DNA of 64,000 nucleotides from Candidatus Omnitrophota bacterium. Its GTDB lineage: Bacteria; Omnitrophota; Gorgyraeia; JAGLLT01. This document shows, in pieces, positions 9,647 through 19,299 of the stretch. The translations under genes and the position numbers were made by a program. The DNA lies in contig DAOVJY010000006.1 of NCBI GenBank assembly GCA_030632085.1, positions 26,805 through 90,804 of the forward strand, in the 5' to 3' direction. The number at the start of each line of letters is the position of its first letter. Position 1 is the stretch's first letter. A model generated the notes under the pieces. That model was not told where the DNA came from and did not search any database. It saw only the letters and a program-made list of their open reading frames with translations.

Positions 9647-10327
9647 ATGCCAAAAAAACAAGGAGGTGTAGATATGAGGAAAGCGCTATTTTTTAGTTTA
9701 GTGCTTATAGGAGCTATGATTATAGCTGCTACAGGTGTGGCTGAAGCTAATTTGCTGGCCAATCCTGGGTTTGAGAATCCGATAGGTAATAGCGCACCGG
9801 ATTCATGGATGGGTTTACGTGCTGATCCTATGCAGACCTATCCTATAATGACTAATTCAACAGCAGAAGCTTATTCTGGAAACCAGTCTGGTATGATTCA
9901 ATTAGGAGCAACTACCAATGTGTGGGCTGGTTATGGCCAGGTTTGTTCATTGGCAGCCGGAGATATAGTAGACGCTAACGTTTGGGTAAAAGGTGTTAGC
10001 GCAACTCAGGCAGCCGCCAGATTAAAGCTTGAATTCCGGAGGTGGGATACTATCCAAGGAAAGATGGTTACCATTAATACATCAAGAACCGAGCCAGCGA
10101 TTAATCCTACAGCTTGGACGCAACTCACACTATCGAATGTTACAGCACCAGCTTTAACGGAAGAGGTATTAGTCAACTTATTAGTAGAAAATTCTACGAC
10201 ACCTGGTGGAGCTTTTTACTTTGATGATGCTGGCTTAGACGTCGTTCCGGAACCTACCAGTTTATTGCTTTTAGGTAGTGGATTGGTTGGTTTGTTTGGA
10301 ATTAGCAGAAAAAAGAAACGTGCATAA
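9647..10327 (+). CDS. PEP-CTERM sorting-domain secreted protein (exosortase substrate)
   Basis: N-terminal signal peptide; C-terminus VPEPTSLLLLGSGLVGLFGISRKKKRA is the PEP motif, TM helix and basic tail. Confidence 0.85.
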   Translation: MPKKQGGVDMRKALFFSLVLIGAMIIAATGVAEANLLANPGFENPIGNSAPDSWMGLRADPMQTYPIMTNSTAEAYSGNQSGMIQLGATTNVWAGYGQVCSLAAGDIVDANVWVKGVSATQAAARLKLEFRRWDTIQGKMVTINTSRTEPAINPTAWTQLTLSNVTAPALTEEVLVNLLVENSTTPGGAFYFDDAGLDVVPEPTSLLLLGSGLVGLFGISRKKKRA

Positions 10328-10329
10328 AA

Positions 10330-10440
10330 ACTAATATAATTTATTAGTTGTTTTTAAGATGATAGCCCCTACGGTAAGAGTTGAATTTTCATTTAATCAA
10401 AGTGCAATTCACGTGCTTGCCATAGGGGTTTGTTGTTTTT
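10330..10440 (+). terminator. Tandem rho-independent terminators after the PEP-CTERM gene: a small hairpin aactaat/attagtt, then a long stem agcccctacggtaag / cttgccatagggg followed by a T-tract
   Basis: Inverted repeats followed by tttgttgttttt read directly. Confidence 0.5.
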
Positions 10441-10615
10441 AACGGAATTTGAAAACCTTATATATTGTGTTAAAAGGCCTTAAATACATACTACATCTTG
10501 ACAAAAGCCCTTTATATAATGTATAGTATAAATAAGATTTAAAAAGCTTTATATCCTTTGGGGTTTAGTTATATTACCTCCCCAAGGAAGAGGAAGGTTT
10601 TTTGCGGTTTTTATT

Positions 10616-12622
10616 ATGGACAATAGAAAAGTATTAATAATTGATGAAAGCTCAGGCATTGCTGAAAAATTAACTCCTTTATTGCAGGAGCAGAAATGCC
10701 AAGTTGCTTTAGCTAACGGCGGCTTAGCCGGAATTAGGAAGATTTACGAAGAAAAACCCGATATAATCTTCTTATATGCTTCAATAAACGAGCTTTCCAC
10801 ATATCAAATTTGCAGCCTTCTTAAAAATAATTGTGATTTTAGGGATATACCTTTGGTCTTAATCGGCAGCAATAAAAACGATACGTTAAATCTTTTTAAG
10901 ATTAGAGAAGGTATTGCTGATTACATAGATGCTTCCCAGGATTTAGATCGTATTAACCAGCAGATTAAAGGTATTATTAATAAATACAGTCAGAGTTTTG
11001 TAATTTCAAAGAGTTTCCGCTTAATTGAAGAGCTGAGCAGTAATGTTAAAAGTCTTCCGCGTTTCAAAGAAGCAAACGATATTGATATAGATGATTTTAA
11101 ACCGGTTTTAAATGAAATTGTGCATCAATTTACAGCCGTACTTGAATCCGAAGTGGGTTCTTTTATGGTTTTAGATGAATCTCAAGGATATTTAACTATT
11201 AAAGGCGCCACAGGCTTAAGCGAAGAAATAGTATCCAAGGCGCAGGTTAAACTTGGAGAAGGTATATCAGGCTGGGTGGCAAGCCGCAATCGCCCCGTTC
11301 TGGTAACCGATATAGAGCAAGATAACAGGTTTTCACGCCTTAACCATAATCGCTATTATACAAAATCGCTTTTAAGCGCCCCCCTTAAATTAGGTAAAGT
11401 AAAGGGTGTTATTAATATAAACAATAAGAGCAATAAAGAGCCCTACAACGAAAAAGATTTAACCCTTTTAAGTATGTTGGTTAATCATTTGAATTCCACA
11501 ACTGAAAATTCAAAACTTTTTGACGAAATTGAAGGCGGCAGAAAAAAATTAAAGAAGTTGGAAACCGATAAAAAGATATTAGTTGAAATTAATACATTAC
11601 TTGATAAAGAGTTGCAGGATATTAGGGTTTCATACGAAATAAATAGAATATTAAATTCAGATTTAGATTACGCGCAAACTATAAACGCGGTTATTGAACT
11701 TATTGAAAGCAGTGTTGATTATCATTTCTGCGGGCTTTTAATATTAGATAACAAACAAGAAGCCGAACTTATGGTTAGCATAAAGTATCCGGCGTCTGAA
11801 TCCGATTTAGCGGCCTTTAAAGCTAAAACCATTGATACTTATTACCAGTTGTCCGGATATAACATCCTTCTTGAGAAGATAGCCCTTAACCGTACTGACG
11901 GGCCGGCGATATTAGTTTCAAAAGATAAGAAGAATAAAAATGTTATTAATAGTTTTCATGCTATTCCGTTGAATATGAAAAACAAGAGTATAGGCCTTTT
12001 AGCGGTTAGTCATTCAAGGCCTGAAGCATTCGGTGAGGATGAATTAAAATTGTTATCTAATATCGCGGAGCATTCAATTTTAGCCATTAATAACGCCGCA
12101 TTACATAACAGAATTAAAAAACTTTCTATTACCGATGGATTAACGGGATTATATGCCTACAGGTACTTTCATGATAAACTTGAAGAAGAGCTTCGGAGAG
12201 CTCAAAGATATCAGGAGCAGCTTTCGGTAATTATAGTGGATATTGACGGATTTAAAAAAATCAATGATACTCATGGGCATTTAGCGGGAGATATGGTTTT
12301 AAAAGAAGTATCTCAGATATTACGCAATGTCTGTCGTGAGGTTGATATTATAGCCAGATATGGCGGTGATGAATTTGTTCTTATTTTGCCGCAAACAGAG
12401 AGGGAAGGTTCTTTTTATTTAGCGGAGAGAGCTAGAAAAACCGTTAAAAACTACGATTTCCAATCACCGGGGCATGAGCCGATTAAGTTAACTGTCAGTT
12501 GCGGCGTCGCTTCTCTTATACCAGACATAAAAGACAAAGAAACTTTAATTAAAAAAGCCGACGATGCTTTATATCGCGCGAAAAATGAAGGTAAAAACAA
12601 AACCGCTTTAAACCAAATATAA
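10616..12622 (+). CDS. Response-regulator receiver - GAF - GGDEF diguanylate cyclase
   Basis: N-terminal REC-like fold, central GAF, C-terminal GGDEF with intact GGDEF and an RxxD I-site (REVD five residues upstream). Confidence 0.85.
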   Translation: MDNRKVLIIDESSGIAEKLTPLLQEQKCQVALANGGLAGIRKIYEEKPDIIFLYASINELSTYQICSLLKNNCDFRDIPLVLIGSNKNDTLNLFKIREGIADYIDASQDLDRINQQIKGIINKYSQSFVISKSFRLIEELSSNVKSLPRFKEANDIDIDDFKPVLNEIVHQFTAVLESEVGSFMVLDESQGYLTIKGATGLSEEIVSKAQVKLGEGISGWVASRNRPVLVTDIEQDNRFSRLNHNRYYTKSLLSAPLKLGKVKGVININNKSNKEPYNEKDLTLLSMLVNHLNSTTENSKLFDEIEGGRKKLKKLETDKKILVEINTLLDKELQDIRVSYEINRILNSDLDYAQTINAVIELIESSVDYHFCGLLILDNKQEAELMVSIKYPASESDLAAFKAKTIDTYYQLSGYNILLEKIALNRTDGPAILVSKDKKNKNVINSFHAIPLNMKNKSIGLLAVSHSRPEAFGEDELKLLSNIAEHSILAINNAALHNRIKKLSITDGLTGLYAYRYFHDKLEEELRRAQRYQEQLSVIIVDIDGFKKINDTHGHLAGDMVLKEVSQILRNVCREVDIIARYGGDEFVLILPQTEREGSFYLAERARKTVKNYDFQSPGHEPIKLTVSCGVASLIPDIKDKETLIKKADDALYRAKNEGKNKTALNQI

Positions 12623-12626
12623 AAAT

Positions 12627-14153
12627 ATGAAAAAAAATAAAGTAACGTTTATCATTGTAGTTTTGACATTAATATTTATAAACAGTAATCTTGGCAGCGC
12701 TTATCAGGGCCTTGTTTCAGTGAGTGCTGAGAATGAAGAGCTCACTAATGTTTTATATAAGTTAGCCGAGGATTATGATTTAAATATTGTAATCAGTAAA
12801 AGTATAACCGGTAATGTAACGGTAAAATTAAGCGATGTTACGCTTGAAGATGCCCTAACAGCCATTCTACAGCCTAATAATTACGCTTATTCAATTGAAG
12901 CTAATGTGGTAAGTGTTTACAGCTATGCCGAGTTTCAGCAGATAGAGCGCTTCAGCCCTTTAATTACCAGGGTGTTTACATTACAGAACATAGATGTTTC
13001 ATCTTTAAGACGAACTTTCCACTCAATGAAATCGACTCGCGGTAAGATGGAGCTTAATCTAAAAGGAAATCAGGTTATCATAACCGACACACCCGATAAA
13101 ATAAAGCAGTTTGAAAAAGTTCTAAAAGAATTGGATACAAAAAGAGAGCTCAAGAAATATAAACTGAGATACGCTAATGCCTCAGAAGTAATTGATAAAA
13201 TAGTTCAACTTATCCCTGAAGACAGAGGGGATGTGTTCTTAGATGAAAGAACCAATAGTGTTGTTGTCAGGGCGGCGGCACCTTTATTGCAGAATATCGA
13301 TGAATTAATAAAGGGTTGGGATGTTCAACCTAAGCAAGTTTTGATTATAGCCAAAATACTGGAAGTTACTCTTGATAAGAATCAGAAGTTTGGTATTGAT
13401 TGGGAGTATAAATCGCCTGATACAGCTAAAAAAGGGGATCCGGCACAAATTGATTTAAAAGGCGCTTTTCCGGTTAATTTAACTGATGGAGGTATTTTCC
13501 AGATAGGCACCTTAAATTCAGATGATTATCAGATAACTTTAGAAATGTTAGAAAGTCATACTGATACTGAAGTTTTATCAAGCCCCAGAGTTGTGGTCAT
13601 TGATGATCATGAAGCTAATATATTAGTCGGTAGCGAGGAACCGTATATTACAACTTCAACCGACCCTGATACAGGCTGGGTTTATGAAGAAACCAAATTT
13701 AAATCTGTAGGCCTGAAGCTCGTTGTTACTCCTAAGATAGATGAAGACAACTATATAACTATGAAGATTCATCCGGAAGTAAGCAGTGCCAGGCGTGTGC
13801 CGGAAGTTGATAATGCTTTAGCTATTGATACAACACAAGCTGATACAACCATGATGGTAAAAGATGGTGAGACTATCGTTTTAGGCGGCTTGATGAAAGA
13901 CATTAAGTCAAACACCGAAAAGAAGATACCTATTTTAGGTGATATACCTATTTTAGGTTGGTTATTTAGAAGTACGGAAAAGGAAATTAAGAAAACAGAA
14001 ATTATAGTATTTATAACTCCTCACATTCTTACAAGTGAAAACAGAGAAGATATGAGTCGCAAAGAAATAGAAGGGGTTATGGAAAGATCTCAGACTACCT
14101 TCAATTTAATATGTGAAGAGGTTGATTTTGAACAAGAAGAACCGATATTCTAG
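12627..14153 (+). CDS. Secretin family outer-membrane channel (GspD/PilQ-like; two secretin-N-type domains plus secretin C domain)
   Basis: Signal peptide; C-terminal secretin signature (VVIDDHEANILVG...KIPILGDIPILGWLF...IIVFITPHIL); no pilus or T2SS partner genes nearby. Confidence 0.75.
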   Translation: MKKNKVTFIIVVLTLIFINSNLGSAYQGLVSVSAENEELTNVLYKLAEDYDLNIVISKSITGNVTVKLSDVTLEDALTAILQPNNYAYSIEANVVSVYSYAEFQQIERFSPLITRVFTLQNIDVSSLRRTFHSMKSTRGKMELNLKGNQVIITDTPDKIKQFEKVLKELDTKRELKKYKLRYANASEVIDKIVQLIPEDRGDVFLDERTNSVVVRAAAPLLQNIDELIKGWDVQPKQVLIIAKILEVTLDKNQKFGIDWEYKSPDTAKKGDPAQIDLKGAFPVNLTDGGIFQIGTLNSDDYQITLEMLESHTDTEVLSSPRVVVIDDHEANILVGSEEPYITTSTDPDTGWVYEETKFKSVGLKLVVTPKIDEDNYITMKIHPEVSSARRVPEVDNALAIDTTQADTTMMVKDGETIVLGGLMKDIKSNTEKKIPILGDIPILGWLFRSTEKEIKKTEIIVFITPHILTSENREDMSRKEIEGVMERSQTTFNLICEEVDFEQEEPIF

Positions 14154-14155
14154 TT

Positions 14156-15760
14156 ATGCCAAAAACAAATTCCAAAAAACAAGTTACTCTCAAGGATTAT
14201 TTTTTAATAATCTTCTTACGTAAGAGATTATTTCTTTTACCATTTCTTATTATTTTTTTTACCGCCTCTATAGGCAGTTTTTTTCTTCCTAAGTATTACC
14301 TTTCGTCTGTATTGATAAAAGTAGAAGAACAAAGGCCTATTAATCCTTTGGTAACTGATATGCGTATTTTTTCAACAGAAAAAGAACCAACGCTGGCGGA
14401 AAAAATAAAAACGCTTAGCGAGGAAATTTTAAATTACGAGCGATTATACCTTCTAATTAGAGAGTTAAAGCTCTATGAAGGCGGGGCTCAAGATTTATCT
14501 TCTTTTGAATCGCTCATAATGAATCTTCGCAAGAGAATAAAAATTAAAATGAAATCCCCTGAAATTTTTGCCGTAACTTATGAAGATGAAAATCCTAAAA
14601 TAGCAAAAGAAGTTGTTAATACACTTATGAGTATTTTTATTGAAGCTAGTAAGGAGCAAAAGAAGAAAGAAGCTCGCGTTGGAGTTGAGTTTGCAAGCGC
14701 GGAAGCAAAAATATATAAGGAGAGGCTTGAAGAAGCGGAAAAGCGCTTTGAAGCCTATCGCAAAGAACATACGCTTGAATTACCGGGGATTGAAATGGAC
14801 ATGAATGTTCAGATGCTTGTTAATTTCCAGACACAATTAGCAGGTGTCAAGATGGATATTCTCAATATTCAGGAAGAGATTGATAAAATAAATAGACAGA
14901 TATCAGGCGAAGAGCCGGTTATTATTTCACAGGATTTATTAGATTTAAATCCTATTGTTTTAGATTTAAACGATCAATTGTACCAGCTTCAGAGCCAATT
15001 AGAAAATTTATTAATAGTAGACCCTGATTCTGAGGATGTTTATGAGATTCAAAGAGCTATTGAGGATGCCAGGGAGAAGTTGCAACTGGAAATTCAAAAA
15101 CATGTTAATGCTGAAACTCTAAATGATAATCCTTTATTTTATCAAAGATTAGTTCAAAAATTAAGAGATGTGGAACAAACTAAACGGAGACTAAAGGACA
15201 GAGAATCCGAATTAACGCAATTGGTTAATAAATATGAAACTCGAATATCCTCGCTGCCGGAACAGGAAGCTAAGTATAGCCGTTTGAGACGAGATGTAGA
15301 GTTAAATGAACAAATTTATAGAATGCTCAAATTAAAAGAGGAAGAAAATCGTTTGACAGCGGTGGAATTAGAAAGAAGGGGAATTAACTATGAATTGCTG
15401 GAAAAAGGAAGATTGCCTCTTAAGTCAGCCAAGCCGCAAAAGTTGATATTAAGCATTGTAGCAATTTTTTTAGGAATGCTAAGTGGTTTAGGTTGTGTGT
15501 TTATCGCGGAGTTTGTTGATAGGTCTTTTAAGAACGCGCAGGATGCCATGGAGTATCTTGATATGCCTTATCTTGGCTCTGTTAATAAGATAACTACCGA
15601 AAGAGAAATATCCAGGATAAGACGAAATAAAAGAATAATTACTTGCATGATAATAACCGGGTTTATGGGATTAATAGTTGCCGGGATTATATCAACTGTA
15701 AGTGAAAATCTTAAAGTTAAAGAGGAAATTGCCAGACAGGAGCAGGCTTTAAATGAGTGA
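14156..15760 (+). CDS. Polysaccharide chain-length determinant (Wzz/PCP, PEP-CTERM-locus EpsF-like)
   Basis: N-terminal TM, long coiled-coil periplasmic region, C-terminal TM; sits between the secretin and a BY-kinase-like ATPase. Confidence 0.7.
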   Translation: MPKTNSKKQVTLKDYFLIIFLRKRLFLLPFLIIFFTASIGSFFLPKYYLSSVLIKVEEQRPINPLVTDMRIFSTEKEPTLAEKIKTLSEEILNYERLYLLIRELKLYEGGAQDLSSFESLIMNLRKRIKIKMKSPEIFAVTYEDENPKIAKEVVNTLMSIFIEASKEQKKKEARVGVEFASAEAKIYKERLEEAEKRFEAYRKEHTLELPGIEMDMNVQMLVNFQTQLAGVKMDILNIQEEIDKINRQISGEEPVIISQDLLDLNPIVLDLNDQLYQLQSQLENLLIVDPDSEDVYEIQRAIEDAREKLQLEIQKHVNAETLNDNPLFYQRLVQKLRDVEQTKRRLKDRESELTQLVNKYETRISSLPEQEAKYSRLRRDVELNEQIYRMLKLKEEENRLTAVELERRGINYELLEKGRLPLKSAKPQKLILSIVAIFLGMLSGLGCVFIAEFVDRSFKNAQDAMEYLDMPYLGSVNKITTEREISRIRRNKRIITCMIITGFMGLIVAGIISTVSENLKVKEEIARQEQALNE

Positions 15761-16526
15761 TAATATAGAACATTTAAAAAACGCGGCTGACAATAAGATC
15801 AAAAGTATCGCTAAAGATGAAGTTTTACCCGCGTATGTTGCCAGAGAGCTTGATAATTCCGGAATAGATGTCAGGATTATGTCTTATCATGATCTCAAAT
15901 CTTCCGCATGCGAAAACTATAGGGCTATATTTACTCATCTAAAGAATAATTTAGACAAGGATAATTTTAATTTAATCGCGGTAACCAGTTCGCAGCAATA
16001 TGAAGGTAATACTATCGCCCTACTTAATTTGGCTGTAGTAATAGCCCGAGATTTTAATAAAAAAGTATTAGTTGTTGATGCTAACCTAAGAAAAGCTTCA
16101 ATTGATGAACTAATGAACCTTAAGTCAAATGGCGGCTTAGCAGATATTCTCGCCTCTGATTTAGATTATAAAAGATTAATACACCAAACTCCCATTTCGA
16201 ATTTATCAGTAATTACCGCCGGCAAAGAAGCTCATAATTCTGTGGAGCTTCTGCATTCTTCCAGGTTGAAGGATTTTTTAGAAAAAACTAAAGCGGAATT
16301 TGATTATGTTCTTTGTGATACCGCGGCACTCATTCCTTACGCGGATACAAAAATATTAAGTCCTTTGGTTGACGGTGTTATTCTTACTATAATAGCAAGG
16401 AAAACCAGAAAAGAAGTTGTTGATAGAGCTGAAGAAATCTTAAAGGAACTTCATTGTCGACTTTTTGGTTTTATCCTGACAGACATAGAATATCATATTC
16501 CCGAATTTCTATATAAGTATTTGTAA
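15753..16526 (+). CDS. BY-kinase-like (CpsD/EpsG family) P-loop protein with degenerate Walker motifs, a possible pseudokinase
   Basis: Homologous layout to CpsD, but Walker A reads YEGNT (Lys->Asn), Walker A' reads VDANLRK (2nd Asp->Asn), Walker B reads DYVLCDTAA. C-terminus EYHIPEFLYKYL is Tyr-rich. Confidence 0.55.
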   Translation: MSDNIEHLKNAADNKIKSIAKDEVLPAYVARELDNSGIDVRIMSYHDLKSSACENYRAIFTHLKNNLDKDNFNLIAVTSSQQYEGNTIALLNLAVVIARDFNKKVLVVDANLRKASIDELMNLKSNGGLADILASDLDYKRLIHQTPISNLSVITAGKEAHNSVELLHSSRLKDFLEKTKAEFDYVLCDTAALIPYADTKILSPLVDGVILTIIARKTRKEVVDRAEEILKELHCRLFGFILTDIEYHIPEFLYKYL

Positions 16527-16603
16527 TAATTATACTTAAAGGGGGAAATAAAAAACCAATGTTCGTATTTTAAAGAATTTTGGTTTTTTTTAAAGGTGAT
16601 TAA

Positions 16604-18043
16604 ATGGGAACCATCAGACGTATAGCTAAAAATACCGCGGTATTAACAAGCTCAGAAGTAATCAATAAAGTTCTTTCTTTATTTCTATATATTGCTATCG
16701 CGAACTATTTAAAAGATTCCGGCTATGGTAAATTTTCTTTTATTATAACTGTTCTTGGTTTTTTTCAGGTTATCGCGAATTTTGGCCTTGATAAACTAAC
16801 CATAAGAGAAGTTTCGAAGTTTAAAGAAAAAACTCACGAATATGTTGCATCTATGTTGAGATTTAAGTTTTTTTTAGCCCTCCTGACATATTTGATTTTA
16901 GTTATTTTTATTAATTTAACGGGTAAAGGCCCCGAGGTAATTTATGGTGTATATCTAATGGGCTTTTCTATACTGTTTATTGGCCTTTCTAATACATATA
17001 TGGCAATATTTAACGCGCATGAAAAATTAGAAATTAACGCGATTCTACTTGTTTTCATAAAGCTCATCATAGTAGGTTTAACATTCTTAGGAATATATTT
17101 AAAAGTTGGCCTTTTGTATATCTTGTCTTTTTTTGTTATTGGAGAGGCCATAAGAACAATAATTTTTCATTTTCTTTATAAGAAGCACTTTAAGATTTCA
17201 AAGGTGCTTAAAAGCGGCATATTGTCTAAAAAAACTCTCATAACAGCGGCACCTTTCGCGGCGATAGGATTTGCCTCTTTGATTTATAACCATATAGATA
17301 TTGTAATGCTTTCTTTGATGAAAGGTGATAAACCGGTTGGTTGGTATAGTGCCGCTTATACTTTAATACTCGGCCTCATGTTTATTCCACGTTGCTACAT
17401 GCTATCCATTTTTCCAGTATTATCACGTTATGCCAGGGACTCCAACAAGATGCTAAATTTTGCCTGGCAGAAATCAATTAAAATTTTGCTGGCTATTTCT
17501 TTACCGGTTTCCGTTGGAGTATATTTTCTTTCAGCAAGATTTATTAATTTGTTTTATTCATCAGGTAGTTATACACGTTCATCTTTAGCTTTGCAGATTT
17601 TAATGCTCGCTATGCCCTGGATTTTTATTAACGCGATTAATATATACCTGCTTTACGCGGCCAATAAACAGAAAGAAGCCACATTGATTGTTTTAGTGAG
17701 TACAGTCATTAACATTGGATTAAACTTTATTCTGATACCAAAATATAGTTATATAGGTGCCGCATGGACTACTGTAGCAGCGGAAATAATTAACGTCTGT
17801 CTTTTCTTCTGGCTCATTTCATATCTATTGAAATTTCGTTATAAAGACATTAAATCTATATTAAAAGTGATTGTTAGTTCCGCGATTCTGGGATTATTCA
17901 TTTATAAGTTTATTTTACTGCCTTTAATAGTAATTATTGTTTTAAGTGCAGCGATTTATGCGATATTACTTCTTTTAACGCGTTACTTTGATGAAGAAGA
18001 GTATGAAATTATTCGAGAAGTTTTTTCAAGAGGGGTAAAATGA
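16604..18043 (+). CDS. Wzx-type oligosaccharide flippase (MOP/PST family)
   Basis: 479 aa, ~12-14 TM helices, PST-family pattern. Confidence 0.7.
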   Translation: MGTIRRIAKNTAVLTSSEVINKVLSLFLYIAIANYLKDSGYGKFSFIITVLGFFQVIANFGLDKLTIREVSKFKEKTHEYVASMLRFKFFLALLTYLILVIFINLTGKGPEVIYGVYLMGFSILFIGLSNTYMAIFNAHEKLEINAILLVFIKLIIVGLTFLGIYLKVGLLYILSFFVIGEAIRTIIFHFLYKKHFKISKVLKSGILSKKTLITAAPFAAIGFASLIYNHIDIVMLSLMKGDKPVGWYSAAYTLILGLMFIPRCYMLSIFPVLSRYARDSNKMLNFAWQKSIKILLAISLPVSVGVYFLSARFINLFYSSGSYTRSSLALQILMLAMPWIFINAINIYLLYAANKQKEATLIVLVSTVINIGLNFILIPKYSYIGAAWTTVAAEIINVCLFFWLISYLLKFRYKDIKSILKVIVSSAILGLFIYKFILLPLIVIIVLSAAIYAILLLLTRYFDEEEYEIIREVFSRGVK

Positions 18044-18189
18044 CAGAAAAAGAAACTAGAATAAATGTTATAGATTGTCCGTTCTGCGATAAAATAGAAT
18101 GGTTTTCTGATAATTGTAGAAGCTTTTAAGTACGTTTATATAATATAAAAAATTAGCTAGTTGTAGTTTTATATTTTGGAGAAAGAATA

Positions 18190-19299
18190 ATGAAAATAAT
18201 AAATGTTGTAGGTGCTAGGCCTAATTTTATGAAAATAGCTCCTATTATAGATGAGATGCGGCAACATTCTAATCTTAACTCCATTCTTGTTCATACAGGA
18301 CAGCATTATAATAAGGAGATGTCCAAGTTATTTTTTGATGATTTAAAACTGCCTTCTCCTGATGTATATTTGGGAGTGGGGTCTGCTTCGCATGCTGAAC
18401 AAACCGCTAAGATTATGGTAGAATTTGAACAGGTCTTGCTTAAAGAAAAACCCGATTTAATAATTGTGGTAGGTGATGTTAATTCTACCATTGCCTGCGC
18501 GTTAACGGCAGTAAAGCTATTTATACCCATTGCCCATATAGAGGCAGGGCTAAGAAGCTTTGATAGAACTATGCCCGAAGAAATAAATAGAATTTTAACC
18601 GATGCCATTTCAGATTATTTATTTACTACTTGCCATGACGCGAATGATAATTTGCTAAAAGAAGGAATTTCAAAAAAGAAAATACATTTTGTTGGCAATG
18701 TGATGATAGATGCTTTGCTTAAACACATAGATAAAGCTTCACAGTCTAACATACTGGATAAATTGGACTTAATTCCCAAAAGCTATGCCGCTTTAACCTT
18801 GCATAGGCCAAGTAATGTAGATGATAAAAAAGTTTTTGTTGAAATTTTAACTGCCATAGAGGAAATCCAAAAAAAAATTAAAGTTATTTTTCCTATTCAT
18901 CCGCGGACAAAGAAAAAAATTGCTGAGTTTAAGTTGGAAAATAGAATTAAAAAAATGAAGAATTTCAAAATAATTGAAGCAATGGGATATCTTGATTTCT
19001 TAAAATTAATGTCTGATTCAAAGTTTGTTTTAACGGATTCCGGGGGTGTTCAGGAAGAGACGACTATATTAAAGATTCCTTGCATCACTCTTCGCGAAAC
19101 CACAGAAAGGCCTATAACAGTAACAGAAGGCACTAATATAATAGTCGGAAGTAATAAAGAAAAAATTATTAAAGAGAGCTTAAAAATAGTTAAAGGGATA
19201 GAGAAAAAAGGCAAAATTCCTAAATTTTGGGACGGTGGGGCGGCAGAGAGGATAGTGAAAATAATTCTAAGTATATCAAAAAGTAGAAAGAAAAAATGA
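18190..19299 (+). CDS. wecB: UDP-N-acetylglucosamine 2-epimerase (non-hydrolysing)
   Basis: MKIINVVGARPNFMKIAP N-terminus and overall WecB/NeuC fold signature. Confidence 0.85.
   Translation: MKIINVVGARPNFMKIAPIIDEMRQHSNLNSILVHTGQHYNKEMSKLFFDDLKLPSPDVYLGVGSASHAEQTAKIMVEFEQVLLKEKPDLIIVVGDVNSTIACALTAVKLFIPIAHIEAGLRSFDRTMPEEINRILTDAISDYLFTTCHDANDNLLKEGISKKKIHFVGNVMIDALLKHIDKASQSNILDKLDLIPKSYAALTLHRPSNVDDKKVFVEILTAIEEIQKKIKVIFPIHPRTKKKIAEFKLENRIKKMKNFKIIEAMGYLDFLKLMSDSKFVLTDSGGVQEETTILKIPCITLRETTERPITVTEGTNIIVGSNKEKIIKESLKIVKGIEKKGKIPKFWDGGAAERIVKIILSISKSRKKK

Noticed and set aside
10484-10530. Promoter for the GGDEF regulator (TTGACA ... TATAAT/TATAGT around 10497-10530)
   Set aside because: Hexamers are present, but the spacing is either 11 or 18 nt depending on which -10 is chosen. 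Too ambiguous to list as a feature.
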